Assembly: GCA_002716355.1 (NCBI GenBank)
Contig: PBAU01000010.1
Span: 1 to 32,000 of the forward strand
Direction: 5' to 3'
Source of the DNA: a bacterium
GTDB taxonomy: Bacteria > UBP7 > UBA6624
DNA length: 32,000 nucleotides
In this document: one piece after another, positions 8,329-17,101 of the stretch
Layout of the letters: each line of letters opens with the position of its first letter
Position numbering within the stretch: the first letter of the stretch is position 1
Made by a program: the position numbers and the translations under genes
Notes under the pieces: model-generated
What the model saw: the letters and a program-made list of their open reading frames with translations, nothing else
What the model was told of the DNA's origin: nothing
Databases searched by the model: none

Positions 8329-9590
8329 TTTTTAGTTTCCTCAATAGCTTTTTCTAACATCAAATCACCTATCCTATCGCGAATATCTATCCTCAAAGCA
8401 GATATTTGGCCTTGAAGGCTTTCTATTTCTTCAAGAATCTGAATAACTTTCTCATCTTCAGAACTAGCAATTTCAAAATCAGGTTTTATTCCATTTCCAT
8501 TGACCTGATGACCATTAGGTGTTAAATAAACTGCTGTTGTAATAATTACCGAGCCACCACTGTCAAGATTTTCACCATGCTGAACTAAACCTTTGCCAAA
8601 AGTTCTATTACCTACAATCAAACCCCTTTCATGATCTTGGATAGCTCCAGCAAATATCTCACTTGCTGAAGCACTATATTCATCAACAAGAACTATCAAA
8701 TCTAAATCCTCACCAATTCCTCCAGGCTTAGCGGAAAAGCTTCTTTCATCATTTTTGAACTTAATGCTTACTATCAAACCTTTATCCAAAAACAAATCTA
8801 CTATTTCCAAACAAGAATACAATTCTCCTCCAGGGTTTCCTCTTAAATCCATAATGATATTTTCAGCACCTTTATCGATGACAGATGCTAACTCCTGCTT
8901 AAGCAATGAAGGCGTATTCTTGTTGAATTGAAGCAATTCTATAAAATAAGTTTTGTCACTTAGCTTCTCGACTTTTCCGATAGAAGGGACAACAACAACC
9001 TCACGAACAACTGAAATATTCATTGTCTCTGCTGTTGTTGAATCTATTATTTCTAATTCAACAGCCTTTCCTATCGGCCCTCTTACATAAGAAACAGACT
9101 CTTCATAACTTGAATCTTCAAAAGAGTTTCCATCTGCAGAAATGATAATGTCTCCATTTTTTATTTCTGATTTATAAGCAGGTCCACCCTTCACAACTGA
9201 TACGACTTGCAAAAATTTACCATAAGGAGCAATGGTTACGCCTATCCCCCCAAACTCGCCTTCTGTATTTTCCCATTCTATTTTTGATTTAGTCGGCGGA
9301 ACGAAACGACTATACCTGTCAAAAGAAGACATCATTCCCGATATAGCATTTTCAGTAATCTCCCTTTTCTTCTCCTCGCTTAAATCTTCAAAATATCTAT
9401 CCTGAACAACCCTCCAAGCCTCCTCCATATAAGACACACCTTCGAAAGAGCCATCGGAAACAGAAAAATCTTTCATTTTCGAAGGCTCGTTGCCAGGCGA
9501 TCCACCATAAGTTTCCAAAACAACAAAAACCAAAAAAACCACCAAGAAGAATTGGATTATTGTTAATGTTTTTTTTAAATTATTTTTCAT
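8325..9590 (-). CDS. ctpA: Carboxy-terminal processing protease (S41A, PDZ-containing)
   Basis: N-terminal anchor, PDZ-like GGIGVTI...VVKGGPAYKSEIKNGDIIISADG, LRGNPGG, nucleophile motif SASASEIFAGAIQ, and lysine motif TFGKGLVQ. Confidence 0.9.
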   Translation of the reverse strand: MKNNLKKTLTIIQFFLVVFLVFVVLETYGGSPGNEPSKMKDFSVSDGSFEGVSYMEEAWRVVQDRYFEDLSEEKKREITENAISGMMSSFDRYSRFVPPTKSKIEWENTEGEFGGIGVTIAPYGKFLQVVSVVKGGPAYKSEIKNGDIIISADGNSFEDSSYEESVSYVRGPIGKAVELEIIDSTTAETMNISVVREVVVVPSIGKVEKLSDKTYFIELLQFNKNTPSLLKQELASVIDKGAENIIMDLRGNPGGELYSCLEIVDLFLDKGLIVSIKFKNDERSFSAKPGGIGEDLDLIVLVDEYSASASEIFAGAIQDHERGLIVGNRTFGKGLVQHGENLDSGGSVIITTAVYLTPNGHQVNGNGIKPDFEIASSEDEKVIQILEEIESLQGQISALRIDIRDRIGDLMLEKAIEETKK

Positions 9591-10644
9591 TAGAGTTCAA
9601 ATAAGGGTAAGGGTCATAAGGAACATCATTTTTTCTTGTTTCAAAATGAAGATGAGGCCCTGTCGACAATCCGGTACTGCCAACCAGTCCTATAAGATCA
9701 CCTCTTTTAACTGCCTTTTCATTGTCTATTAATATTTTGCTTAAGTGAGCATATCTTGTTGTCCAACCTTCAGCATGCTGGATAATTATAAATTTACCTA
9801 AACCAGCCCAATTACCACTTTTTTCACCTACAAAAATAACCCTTCCTGTCTCAGCTGCATAAATAGGTGTACCTTTTGGAGCTGCAATATCCTGTCCATT
9901 ATGAGGCCTGACATAACCCAAAACCGGATGAAGCCTATTTGGATCAAAAGGGCTTGACAAACGACCTTCGCAAGGCTTGTATAAGGGCAATTCCCATCTT
10001 GCACCTCTATAAGTGAGTATTGTCTCTGCTTCAATCTCTAGCTCAAGTCGATTTCGTTCATTCCGAAGATCTATGATTTCCTGCTCATAAGTACTATTAA
10101 ATTCTTCTAAAGCATCAATGCTTTCAGAAAGTTCAAATTCTTTTTTGGCAAGGGTTTCGTAAAGCTTATCCTTTTTCGATAAAGAGCTGTTTAAAAGATC
10201 TTCAATTGCATTAATATCAATAGAAACTTTAGACAAAGAGGACTCCATGGAGGATATAGAACCCGTCAAGCCTTTAACCTTTTGCTGGTAAGCATCCAAA
10301 TGCTTATCATAGCCAAAAACCATAAACCACGAAGGGATTATTTGCTTATCTTTGAGAGAGTCATTTAAAACAGAAGAAAGTCTTGAGTATTGTTGTTCGA
10401 TCTCTTCTTCTAACTGGCTTCTTAAAGCAAAAAATTTAGTCTTCCTATTTGTTAAAGTCTCTATATCACTCTCAATAAAATTCACCTTTTCTTCAGACTC
10501 TTGAATAGATGTTTTTTTCTCTTCAACCATGTCCTTATGCAAATCCAAATCTATATAAATAGAATCAATTTCAGACCAAACCTCTTGTAACTCCTGTGGT
10601 ATCTTTTCCAGAAATAAAAAAAATAAAATATAAAAAATATTCAT
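9580..10644 (-). CDS. Coiled-coil M23 (LytM) metallopeptidase, EnvC-like architecture
   Basis: N-terminal anchor and a coiled coil of about 200 aa. The C-terminal M23 domain has intact HxxxD (HNGQD) and HxH (HLH) metal ligands. ATGA overlap with the upstream gene. Confidence 0.85.
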   Translation of the reverse strand: MNIFYILFFLFLEKIPQELQEVWSEIDSIYIDLDLHKDMVEEKKTSIQESEEKVNFIESDIETLTNRKTKFFALRSQLEEEIEQQYSRLSSVLNDSLKDKQIIPSWFMVFGYDKHLDAYQQKVKGLTGSISSMESSLSKVSIDINAIEDLLNSSLSKKDKLYETLAKKEFELSESIDALEEFNSTYEQEIIDLRNERNRLELEIEAETILTYRGARWELPLYKPCEGRLSSPFDPNRLHPVLGYVRPHNGQDIAAPKGTPIYAAETGRVIFVGEKSGNWAGLGKFIIIQHAEGWTTRYAHLSKILIDNEKAVKRGDLIGLVGSTGLSTGPHLHFETRKNDVPYDPYPYLNSNEK

Positions 10645-11315
10645 GCTTTCTTGAAAGTCCCCCTATTGCAAATCAAAAACAGGCAAATATTCATGACAAA
10701 AATATACAACCATAAATTTTGCAAAATTGAACGAATATCTGTTGATGAAACAAAATGTAAAAACCTCATAGAGAAAGCGCTAAAAACAATAGTCATAAAA
10801 CCACTGAAAACAAAAACAAAGGTTAATTTTTTAATTTTTTCACGCAGAAAAAACAACACAAAAAACAACCACAGAAAACCAAACAAAAAAGATAAATTTT
10901 TAAAATTAACAGCAATTTGATTGTAAAAATCAATATTGTCTAATCCAACCAAATTATCAGAAGGCATTAAGGTCTCTACTTTTTCTTTAAACCTGGAAAC
11001 ATCCTGTCCTCTTTCAGGGTAAATATTCACTGACCAAAAAATTTGATCTGAAGGAATGTTGCCAAAATCAACATTAAACCTAGAAGATGAAAATTCAAGA
11101 TTCATCTCAGGTGTAAAGATTTCAAAACTTGGAAAAAAATCTTTTGATCCTTCAATATATGTCAAGACATCTTGAAGCTCTTCTTCGGTGTTCAAATAAA
11201 CACTTAAGAACACATTTTTTTGAAAGTAAGAGGAAAAGGAAAAAAGCGCAATGAAAAAAATAAAAAAAAAGTTACAGCAAAAAAGATGTAAAGACTTGTT
11301 TATTTCTTTGTACAA
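10641..11315 (-). CDS. Putative FtsX-like membrane protein (short, divergent)
   Basis: TM1, then an extracytoplasmic loop of about 110 aa beginning VFLSVYLNTEEELQDVL (FtsX ECD-like), then three TMs. It sits directly upstream of the EnvC-like gene. The call rests only on topology and synteny. Confidence 0.4.
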   Translation of the reverse strand: MYKEINKSLHLFCCNFFFIFFIALFSFSSYFQKNVFLSVYLNTEEELQDVLTYIEGSKDFFPSFEIFTPEMNLEFSSSRFNVDFGNIPSDQIFWSVNIYPERGQDVSRFKEKVETLMPSDNLVGLDNIDFYNQIAVNFKNLSFLFGFLWLFFVLFFLREKIKKLTFVFVFSGFMTIVFSAFSMRFLHFVSSTDIRSILQNLWLYIFVMNICLFLICNRGTFKKA

Positions 11316-12010
11316 AATTTACTCCTCAAAACCTTGCTAAAAAATGCAGGATAACAATTTATTATTCTAATTAATCTTCTTGGCTCAAAAAAGATTCTCC
11401 ATAAAAATTCAAAACCAAATTTAACCATTATCAAAGGTGCTCTTGTTTTTTTCATTGAAAAAACATCTAAAGCCCCTCCAACACCAAAATAAACACAGGA
11501 GGTCTTTTTGGTTGCAATCTGCATAATCTCTCGCTCCTGCAGCCCTGCACCCTTGCCTACCAGGACAATTGCTTTTTTGGTTTTACTTATCAAGCCAATT
11601 ACTTCTTTTTGATTTTCAGAAAAGCCATCAAAAGCTTCAATTATTTTTGAATTAAAGTTTAAATAAACCCAATTGTTTTTCAAGCTTTTGCAATCTTGAT
11701 CATTGCCTCCCCAGCAAATAACATTAAAAAAATTTTCCTTCAACAAGCTGGAAACGAGATCTATCCCGGGCAACCTGCGAGCTTTAACACCTAAAAAGAT
11801 CATTGCATAATAAACAGCTATACTTTCAGGTATCCACAAAACATCATCACCAAAATCAAGATCTTTTGTTTTTAGCCAAGTTTCTGGATTTAAGGTAAAA
11901 ACCTTCAAATTTCTATTCTGCTTTGAACAAGATGAAATAAATTCTATTATTTGTTCTTTGTTGGAGATAACAATTTCTCTATCTAGAAAAAAAACTTTTT
12001 TTAAATCCAT
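11300..12010 (-). CDS. WecB/TagA/CpsF family glycosyltransferase (ManNAc-type transferase)
   Basis: VGGALDVFSMKKTRAP and GFEFLWRIFFEPRRLIR match the E. coli WecG motifs VGGTYDVFTGHVKRAP and GLEWLYRLLSQPSRIKR. Confidence 0.85.
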   Translation of the reverse strand: MDLKKVFFLDREIVISNKEQIIEFISSCSKQNRNLKVFTLNPETWLKTKDLDFGDDVLWIPESIAVYYAMIFLGVKARRLPGIDLVSSLLKENFFNVICWGGNDQDCKSLKNNWVYLNFNSKIIEAFDGFSENQKEVIGLISKTKKAIVLVGKGAGLQEREIMQIATKKTSCVYFGVGGALDVFSMKKTRAPLIMVKFGFEFLWRIFFEPRRLIRIINCYPAFFSKVLRSKFCTKK

Positions 12011-12774
12011 TTTGAATTAGCAAACTGAGGTTTTGGTAAATCTTCATTACTGGAAGAGTAAGGAAAACCAGCCCTTTTGCACAAATGATGAATTTTTCCA
12101 CCTTGAGGACCGATACCAAGACCTTTTTGACCATTCATCCATGCAAGCAAAAGAGGATGATACCTAGAGCTAATGATGGCATCTTTTCTTGACAAAAATA
12201 TAAAACTTTTTTTGATATCCTCTGTTTGATGATAAAAATGATTAAAATCACTAAAATTACAAAAATAATTTCTTTTATCTGAAATGAATACAGAATCCGC
12301 TAAAGCGGGAATGAATTGATCGGCTGGATAAGGACACCACACTACTCCCTGCCTGATGGAATTATTGATACAAGGGAGACAGACTGAATCTAAACCTTGT
12401 TTAAGCTTTAAAAAACTTGTTGCTGGCCTTAGTTCAAAAAAATCAAATTTTAAATTAATCAAAAAATTTAACAAAAACTTTTTAAAAGGGCTTTTTAATT
12501 CGGTTAAATCCATATCATAAGCCTGCGCCTTTCTTGAAAATAAAACCATAAAAAAATACCAATAAAAGGATGCGTTTGAAGTTCTATCTTGAAAAAGACC
12601 ACCTCCAGGAAGAATAATATTTTTTAAAAAAGAAAAAGAAAAATTACATTTCTTAGGAATAAAACCCTTGCTGCAAATTCGATTAGTTTCCCATTTTTTC
12701 ATGGCATCATTAAGAATCCAATCATCTCCAAAATTAGCTTGAGAAAAAGACCCTAGCAATATATTTTTATTCAT
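12001..12774 (-). CDS. Polysaccharide pyruvyl transferase family protein (CsaB-like)
   Basis: N-terminal GSFSQANFGDDWIL and C-terminal SSRYHPLLLAWMNGQKGLGI fit the PS_pyruv_trans pattern. It is shorter than a typical CsaB. Confidence 0.55.
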   Translation of the reverse strand: MNKNILLGSFSQANFGDDWILNDAMKKWETNRICSKGFIPKKCNFSFSFLKNIILPGGGLFQDRTSNASFYWYFFMVLFSRKAQAYDMDLTELKSPFKKFLLNFLINLKFDFFELRPATSFLKLKQGLDSVCLPCINNSIRQGVVWCPYPADQFIPALADSVFISDKRNYFCNFSDFNHFYHQTEDIKKSFIFLSRKDAIISSRYHPLLLAWMNGQKGLGIGPQGGKIHHLCKRAGFPYSSSNEDLPKPQFANSKWI

Positions 12775-12804
12775 ACCAAGTATGTTAAACTTGGAAAGCC
12801 GAAA

Positions 12805-13041
12805 ATGGAAAACAAAAAAAACAAAAATGAAAAACCTGTAATACCTGTAAGTTTTACAAAAGCAATTGCGATGCTTTTTCTTGGTTTTTTCATCTGGATT
12901 CTTATGAAGATATCGTCACAAGAAATAGAGTTTTCATTTTTGTTTCCAGAAGCTAAAAAAATCAAAGTTGGGTGGCTTTTGCTTTTTTCCTTTGCTTCTG
13001 GCTACATCTTTTCAAAACTACCTTTAAAATTGAAACTTTAA
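12805..13041 (+). CDS. Small two-TM membrane protein, LapA/DUF1049-like
   Basis: Layout is TM1, then QEIEFSFLF, then a TM2 ending GYIF, which resembles LapA-family proteins. Its stop abuts the trxB ATG. Preferred over the antisense ORF 12771..12965. Confidence 0.45.
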   Translation: MENKKNKNEKPVIPVSFTKAIAMLFLGFFIWILMKISSQEIEFSFLFPEAKKIKVGWLLLFSFASGYIFSKLPLKLKL

Positions 13042-13968
13042 ATGAATAAAATAGACCTAGCAATCGTTGGTGGTGGAGCAGCTGGCATGGCTGCTGCCCT
13101 ATATGCAGCAAGGTCAAATCTAAATGTTGTACTTTTCGAAGGGCAAAGCCCAGGGGGTCAAATCACATTAACAAACGAGGTAGAGAACTATCCTGGATTA
13201 GGTGTAGAAAACCCTATATCTGGACCAGAAATAGCAATGCTTTTTTTAAATCATGCTGAAAAATTTGGTTCAAAAACCGAATACACTTTTGTTGATTCAA
13301 TAGAAGGTACCGCAGGAAAATTTATCCTAAAAACCTCAAATGGAAGTTGGCTATCAAAAGCAATAATCCTAGCTCCAGGATCAAAAGCTAAAGAGATTGG
13401 CGTGCCTGGCGAAAGGGAGCTTATGGGTCTTGGTGTCTCAACATGCGCAACATGCGATGGAGCTTTCTTCAGGGATCAAGAAGTTGTCGTGATAGGTGGT
13501 GGAAATAGCGCAATTGAAGAAGGCTTATTTTTAACCAGGTTTGCAAAAAAAGTAACAATAGTGCATAGAAGACAAGAATTTAGAGCCACTCCAGTCATAC
13601 TGGAAAGAGCTAAAAAGAACAAAAAAATCGAATGGAAGCTTGACTGTGTTGTTGAAAAAATAAATGGAAAGAACAAAGTTGAAAATGTAGAAATAAAAAA
13701 TATTAAAAACAATCAAACTGAAACTTTTGAAACAAACGGTGTGTTTATTTTTATAGGCCATAACCCAAATACCAACTTTATAAAAAATACTGTTAATCTT
13801 GATGATCAAGGCTATATAGATGTTAACAACAAACAAGAAACAAGCATAAAAGGAATATGGTCTGCAGGAGACTGCTCTGATCATCATTACAAACAATTGA
13901 TAACAAGTGCTGGCGATGGCGTAAAAGCAGCACTTAATGCTATTCATTGGCTAGAAGAAAACAGCTAA
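13042..13968 (+). CDS. trxB: Thioredoxin-disulfide reductase
   Basis: GGGAAG FAD fold, redox-active CATCDG, GGGNSAIEE NADPH fold, and C-terminal GDCSD. Confidence 0.95.
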   Translation: MNKIDLAIVGGGAAGMAAALYAARSNLNVVLFEGQSPGGQITLTNEVENYPGLGVENPISGPEIAMLFLNHAEKFGSKTEYTFVDSIEGTAGKFILKTSNGSWLSKAIILAPGSKAKEIGVPGERELMGLGVSTCATCDGAFFRDQEVVVIGGGNSAIEEGLFLTRFAKKVTIVHRRQEFRATPVILERAKKNKKIEWKLDCVVEKINGKNKVENVEIKNIKNNQTETFETNGVFIFIGHNPNTNFIKNTVNLDDQGYIDVNNKQETSIKGIWSAGDCSDHHYKQLITSAGDGVKAALNAIHWLEENS

Positions 13969-13971
13969 AAA

Positions 13972-14931
13972 ATGCAAAAAATCTATTCAATTGATTTTAA
14001 AAAAGCTTTACAACGAATTGAAAAGCATATTGTAAAAACACCATTAATTGATTTTGAATCAGGCAACCCTAAAATCAAACTTAAATTAAAACTCGAATGC
14101 CTTCAGAAAACAAATTCATTCAAGGCAAGAGGCGCAATGAACCATATACTTCAATTAAGCAAAAGGCAAAAAAGAAAAGGTGTAGTTTCAACAAGTTCTG
14201 GAAATCATGGAAAAGCAGTTTCCTGGGCTGCAAAAAAATACTCTGTCCCTGCAACAATATGCATGGAAAAAAAAGCATATAAAAATAAAATCAAAGCTTG
14301 TCAAGACCTTGGTGCTAATGTGTTTCTTGGCTCCTCAAGAAAAGAAGCTGAAGACGAATGCACTAAACTCGTTGAACAGGGATTGACACTGATTCATCCG
14401 TACAACTCCGCAAAAACAATTGAAGGAGCTGGAACAATTGGGCTAGAAATAGCCGAACAATGGCCTGAAGTTGATGTTGTATGTGTGGCTTCAGGTGGAG
14501 GAGGCAGTATATCTGGAATCTCTTTAGCTTTAAAAAGAGCACTTGGTTCAAAAATTAAGATACTAGGAGTGGAACCAAAAGGCTCACCCAATCTAACAAA
14601 AGGTCTTGAAGCTGGGCATGAGTATTTTCTGAAAAAGATAGAAACAGAAATTCAAGGCTTATGTCCATTGAGCACAGGTGATATTAATGTGGATATCTGC
14701 AAAGAAAATGTTGAAAAAATCCTTCTTCTTGATGATTGTGACATATTTAAAACACAAAAAAAATTAATGGAAAATAACAATTGGATAGTTGAGCCAGCAG
14801 GAGCAGCGGCGGCAACTCCAATTTTCAACGATCTGTTTCCAAAATCATGGACAAAAAACAAAAAAGAATTGAATGTTGTTGCTATTGTTTCAGGAGGAAA
14901 TGCAGATCAATCACAAATTAGAAACCTCTAA
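13972..14931 (+). CDS. PLP-dependent serine/threonine dehydratase family enzyme (threonine ammonia-lyase / serine racemase-like)
   Basis: PLP-lysine motif NSFKARGA, SSGNHG, and glycine loop SGGGGSISG. At 319 aa it lacks an ACT regulatory domain. Confidence 0.85.
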   Translation: MQKIYSIDFKKALQRIEKHIVKTPLIDFESGNPKIKLKLKLECLQKTNSFKARGAMNHILQLSKRQKRKGVVSTSSGNHGKAVSWAAKKYSVPATICMEKKAYKNKIKACQDLGANVFLGSSRKEAEDECTKLVEQGLTLIHPYNSAKTIEGAGTIGLEIAEQWPEVDVVCVASGGGGSISGISLALKRALGSKIKILGVEPKGSPNLTKGLEAGHEYFLKKIETEIQGLCPLSTGDINVDICKENVEKILLLDDCDIFKTQKKLMENNNWIVEPAGAAAATPIFNDLFPKSWTKNKKELNVVAIVSGGNADQSQIRNL

Positions 14932-14934
14932 ACA

Positions 14935-15567
14935 CTAAAGATCGGCAAGTTTTTTTTGCTCTCGATCAATTCGTATCTTCCTTGAAAGAAACCAAAACAA
15001 CCATGATAAAAAACATAAATAAAAATAAGCAATATGCTCTTTAAAAAATAAATCAAAACAAAAACTCAACAAGAAAATAAAAGCCAAGCATGAAATTACA
15101 AAAAAACTAAACTTTAACCGCTTTCCAAGATTGAATACTACCGTGCCGCATATCCATGAAAAATAAGGAAAAAGAATTGGGATACACGCATTTATCAAAG
15201 CCATTTCACCGCTGCCTGATCGAGCAAGGTAAACAGCAAGAAATAAATAAGTATAAGAAACCAAGAAAGAAGCTCCGACACCCAGCATCAATCTACTGCC
15301 ATTATTCTCTCTATCAGGCTTAAATACAAAATGAGGAACAACAGCAAGTAAGAGTACAAAATAACTTGATAACGACAATATACTCTCTTTGAAAAACAAA
15401 ACAATAAGACCTGTCAGAAAACCAATAACTAAAGATTGAATTCTGGCGCCATCAGATAAGGCAACTTTTATATTCATCAAGTTGCCAAATAAAAAAATAG
15501 CAAGTATTTCAAAAAGAAGTAAAGGAGTTGTTCCCACAAAAGTATCATAAGACAATCTAGAATCCAA
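14935..15567 (-). CDS. Hypothetical polytopic membrane protein
   Basis: About 6 hydrophobic segments and no motif I recognise. The track start is a TTG only 3 nt from the divergent ammonia-lyase ATG, so the true start may be internal (for example the GTG at codon 11). Confidence 0.5.
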   Translation of the reverse strand: MDSRLSYDTFVGTTPLLLFEILAIFLFGNLMNIKVALSDGARIQSLVIGFLTGLIVLFFKESILSLSSYFVLLLAVVPHFVFKPDRENNGSRLMLGVGASFLVSYTYLFLAVYLARSGSGEMALINACIPILFPYFSWICGTVVFNLGKRLKFSFFVISCLAFIFLLSFCFDLFFKEHIAYFYLCFLSWLFWFLSRKIRIDREQKKLADL

Positions 15568-15570
15568 ATT

Positions 15571-17097
15571 ATGAAGAAATTTTATTTAAATGGCTACAAC
15601 CTAACAGCAAGAATGCTTACGAAGGTTTCTAGAGGGAAGGTAAGTCTCGCAATTGAAGACGAATGCTGGACTCGAATTAACAAATGCAGAAACATGGTTG
15701 AAGAAAAAATCGAAAAAAAAGAACCCATGTATGGAATAAATACAGGAATTGGAGAATTTTCTGAAGTAACATTAAATGAAGAACAAACTCGAAAATTCCA
15801 AAATCACCTTGTTTACTCTCATGCTGCAGGAATAGGAAAGGCAATGTCAAAAGAAATTGTTAGAGGTGCAATGTGTGGAAGAATAAACGTCCATTGCAAA
15901 GGTTTCTCTGGTGGCAGAAAAGAAATCACTGAAAAAATGATTGAAATCCTCAATAGCGATGTAATTCCTTATGTTTGTGAAAAAGGATCTGTAGGAGCAT
16001 GCGGAGACCTTGCTCCAATGAGTCAGATTGCTTTAACCATGATGGGTGAAGGTGATGCTTTCTATAAAGACAAACTAATGAAAGCAAAAGACGCTCTTGC
16101 CAAAGCAAAAATCAAGCCTTTGAAGCTAGAAGCAAGAGATGGCTTGTCAATAATCAATGGTTCAAATGTCCTTACAGCGCTTTCAGCTTTAATCCTCAAT
16201 GATGCAAAATTATGGCTAAAAACACACGACCTTTCAGCCTCAATGACGCTTGAAGCTCTTAATGCAAATATGAGACCCTACAAATCGAAACTTCACGAGC
16301 TAAGAGGTTTTACAGGCTCTAAAAAAGTAGCAAAAAATATCACTGCCTTAACAGAAGGATCAGAAATTCTAAATTCTAAAAATAAAAAACTACAAGATGC
16401 TTACTCTTTGAGATCCACTCCACAAGTAGCAGGAACGCTTAGAGATTCACTTTCATATGCATTGAAACAAGTTGAAATTGAATTAAATGGAGTTGGAGAT
16501 AATCCAATATTTCTGCCAGAAGAAAAAGAGGTTTTAACTGGAGCTAACTTTCAAGGAACTCCTGTAGCGCTACCAATGGAAATGATTGGAACTGGACTAT
16601 CTATGGTTGGAGTGCTTTCAGAAAGGAGAATGAATAGGCTTGTGAACCCAGCTCTTTCAGGGGGACTGCCTCCTTTCCTTACAGAGGATCCGGGTTTTAA
16701 TTCAGGATTAATGGTTAGTCAATACACTGCAGATGCTCTATGTGTAGAAAACAGAATACTCAGTCATCCTGCAGCAAATCAATCCATACCAGCAGCAGCA
16801 GATCAGGAAGATTTTGTTTCAATGGGCTTAACAACAGCGCAAAAAACAAAAAAAATTCTAGAAAACTGTTGGGGCATTCTTGCAATAGAGATGTTGGCAT
16901 CGGCACAAGCTATCGAATTAAGAAAGCCCGCAAAACCAAGTCCAATAATTACTGAAATTGTTAAAGAAATAAGAAAAAACATCAAACATTTAGATGATGA
17001 TAGACCATTGTTTGATGATCATAACAAAATGGTTGAAATTTTAAGAAGCGGCAAACTGGTTCAGATAATAGAAAAGAAACTTGGAAAACTTGAATGA
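15571..17097 (+). CDS. Histidine/aromatic amino-acid ammonia-lyase family enzyme (HutH-like) with Ala-Cys-Gly at the MIO position
   Basis: YGINTGIG, LVYSHAAGIG (Ser-His as in HAL), GSVGACGDLAPM (canonical GSVGASGDLAPL), DAYSLRSTPQ and NQEDFVSM. No hutU or hutI lies nearby. Confidence 0.88.
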   Translation: MKKFYLNGYNLTARMLTKVSRGKVSLAIEDECWTRINKCRNMVEEKIEKKEPMYGINTGIGEFSEVTLNEEQTRKFQNHLVYSHAAGIGKAMSKEIVRGAMCGRINVHCKGFSGGRKEITEKMIEILNSDVIPYVCEKGSVGACGDLAPMSQIALTMMGEGDAFYKDKLMKAKDALAKAKIKPLKLEARDGLSIINGSNVLTALSALILNDAKLWLKTHDLSASMTLEALNANMRPYKSKLHELRGFTGSKKVAKNITALTEGSEILNSKNKKLQDAYSLRSTPQVAGTLRDSLSYALKQVEIELNGVGDNPIFLPEEKEVLTGANFQGTPVALPMEMIGTGLSMVGVLSERRMNRLVNPALSGGLPPFLTEDPGFNSGLMVSQYTADALCVENRILSHPAANQSIPAAADQEDFVSMGLTTAQKTKKILENCWGILAIEMLASAQAIELRKPAKPSPIITEIVKEIRKNIKHLDDDRPLFDDHNKMVEILRSGKLVQIIEKKLGKLE

Positions 17098-17101
17098 CAA
17101 A

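Noticed and set aside
12771-12965. 64-aa minus-strand ORF upstream of the csaB-like gene
   Set aside because: It overlaps the plus-strand LapA-like ORF. That ORF has a coherent two-TM architecture and a stop that abuts the trxB ATG. Both cannot plausibly be real, so the plus-strand ORF is preferred.
15571-17097. The HAL-like gene as part of an ordinary histidine-utilisation (hut) operon
   Set aside because: No urocanase, imidazolonepropionase or formiminoglutamase genes occur anywhere in the window. The downstream partners are acyl-thioester enzymes. A plain HutH role is still possible and is listed as a refutation condition.
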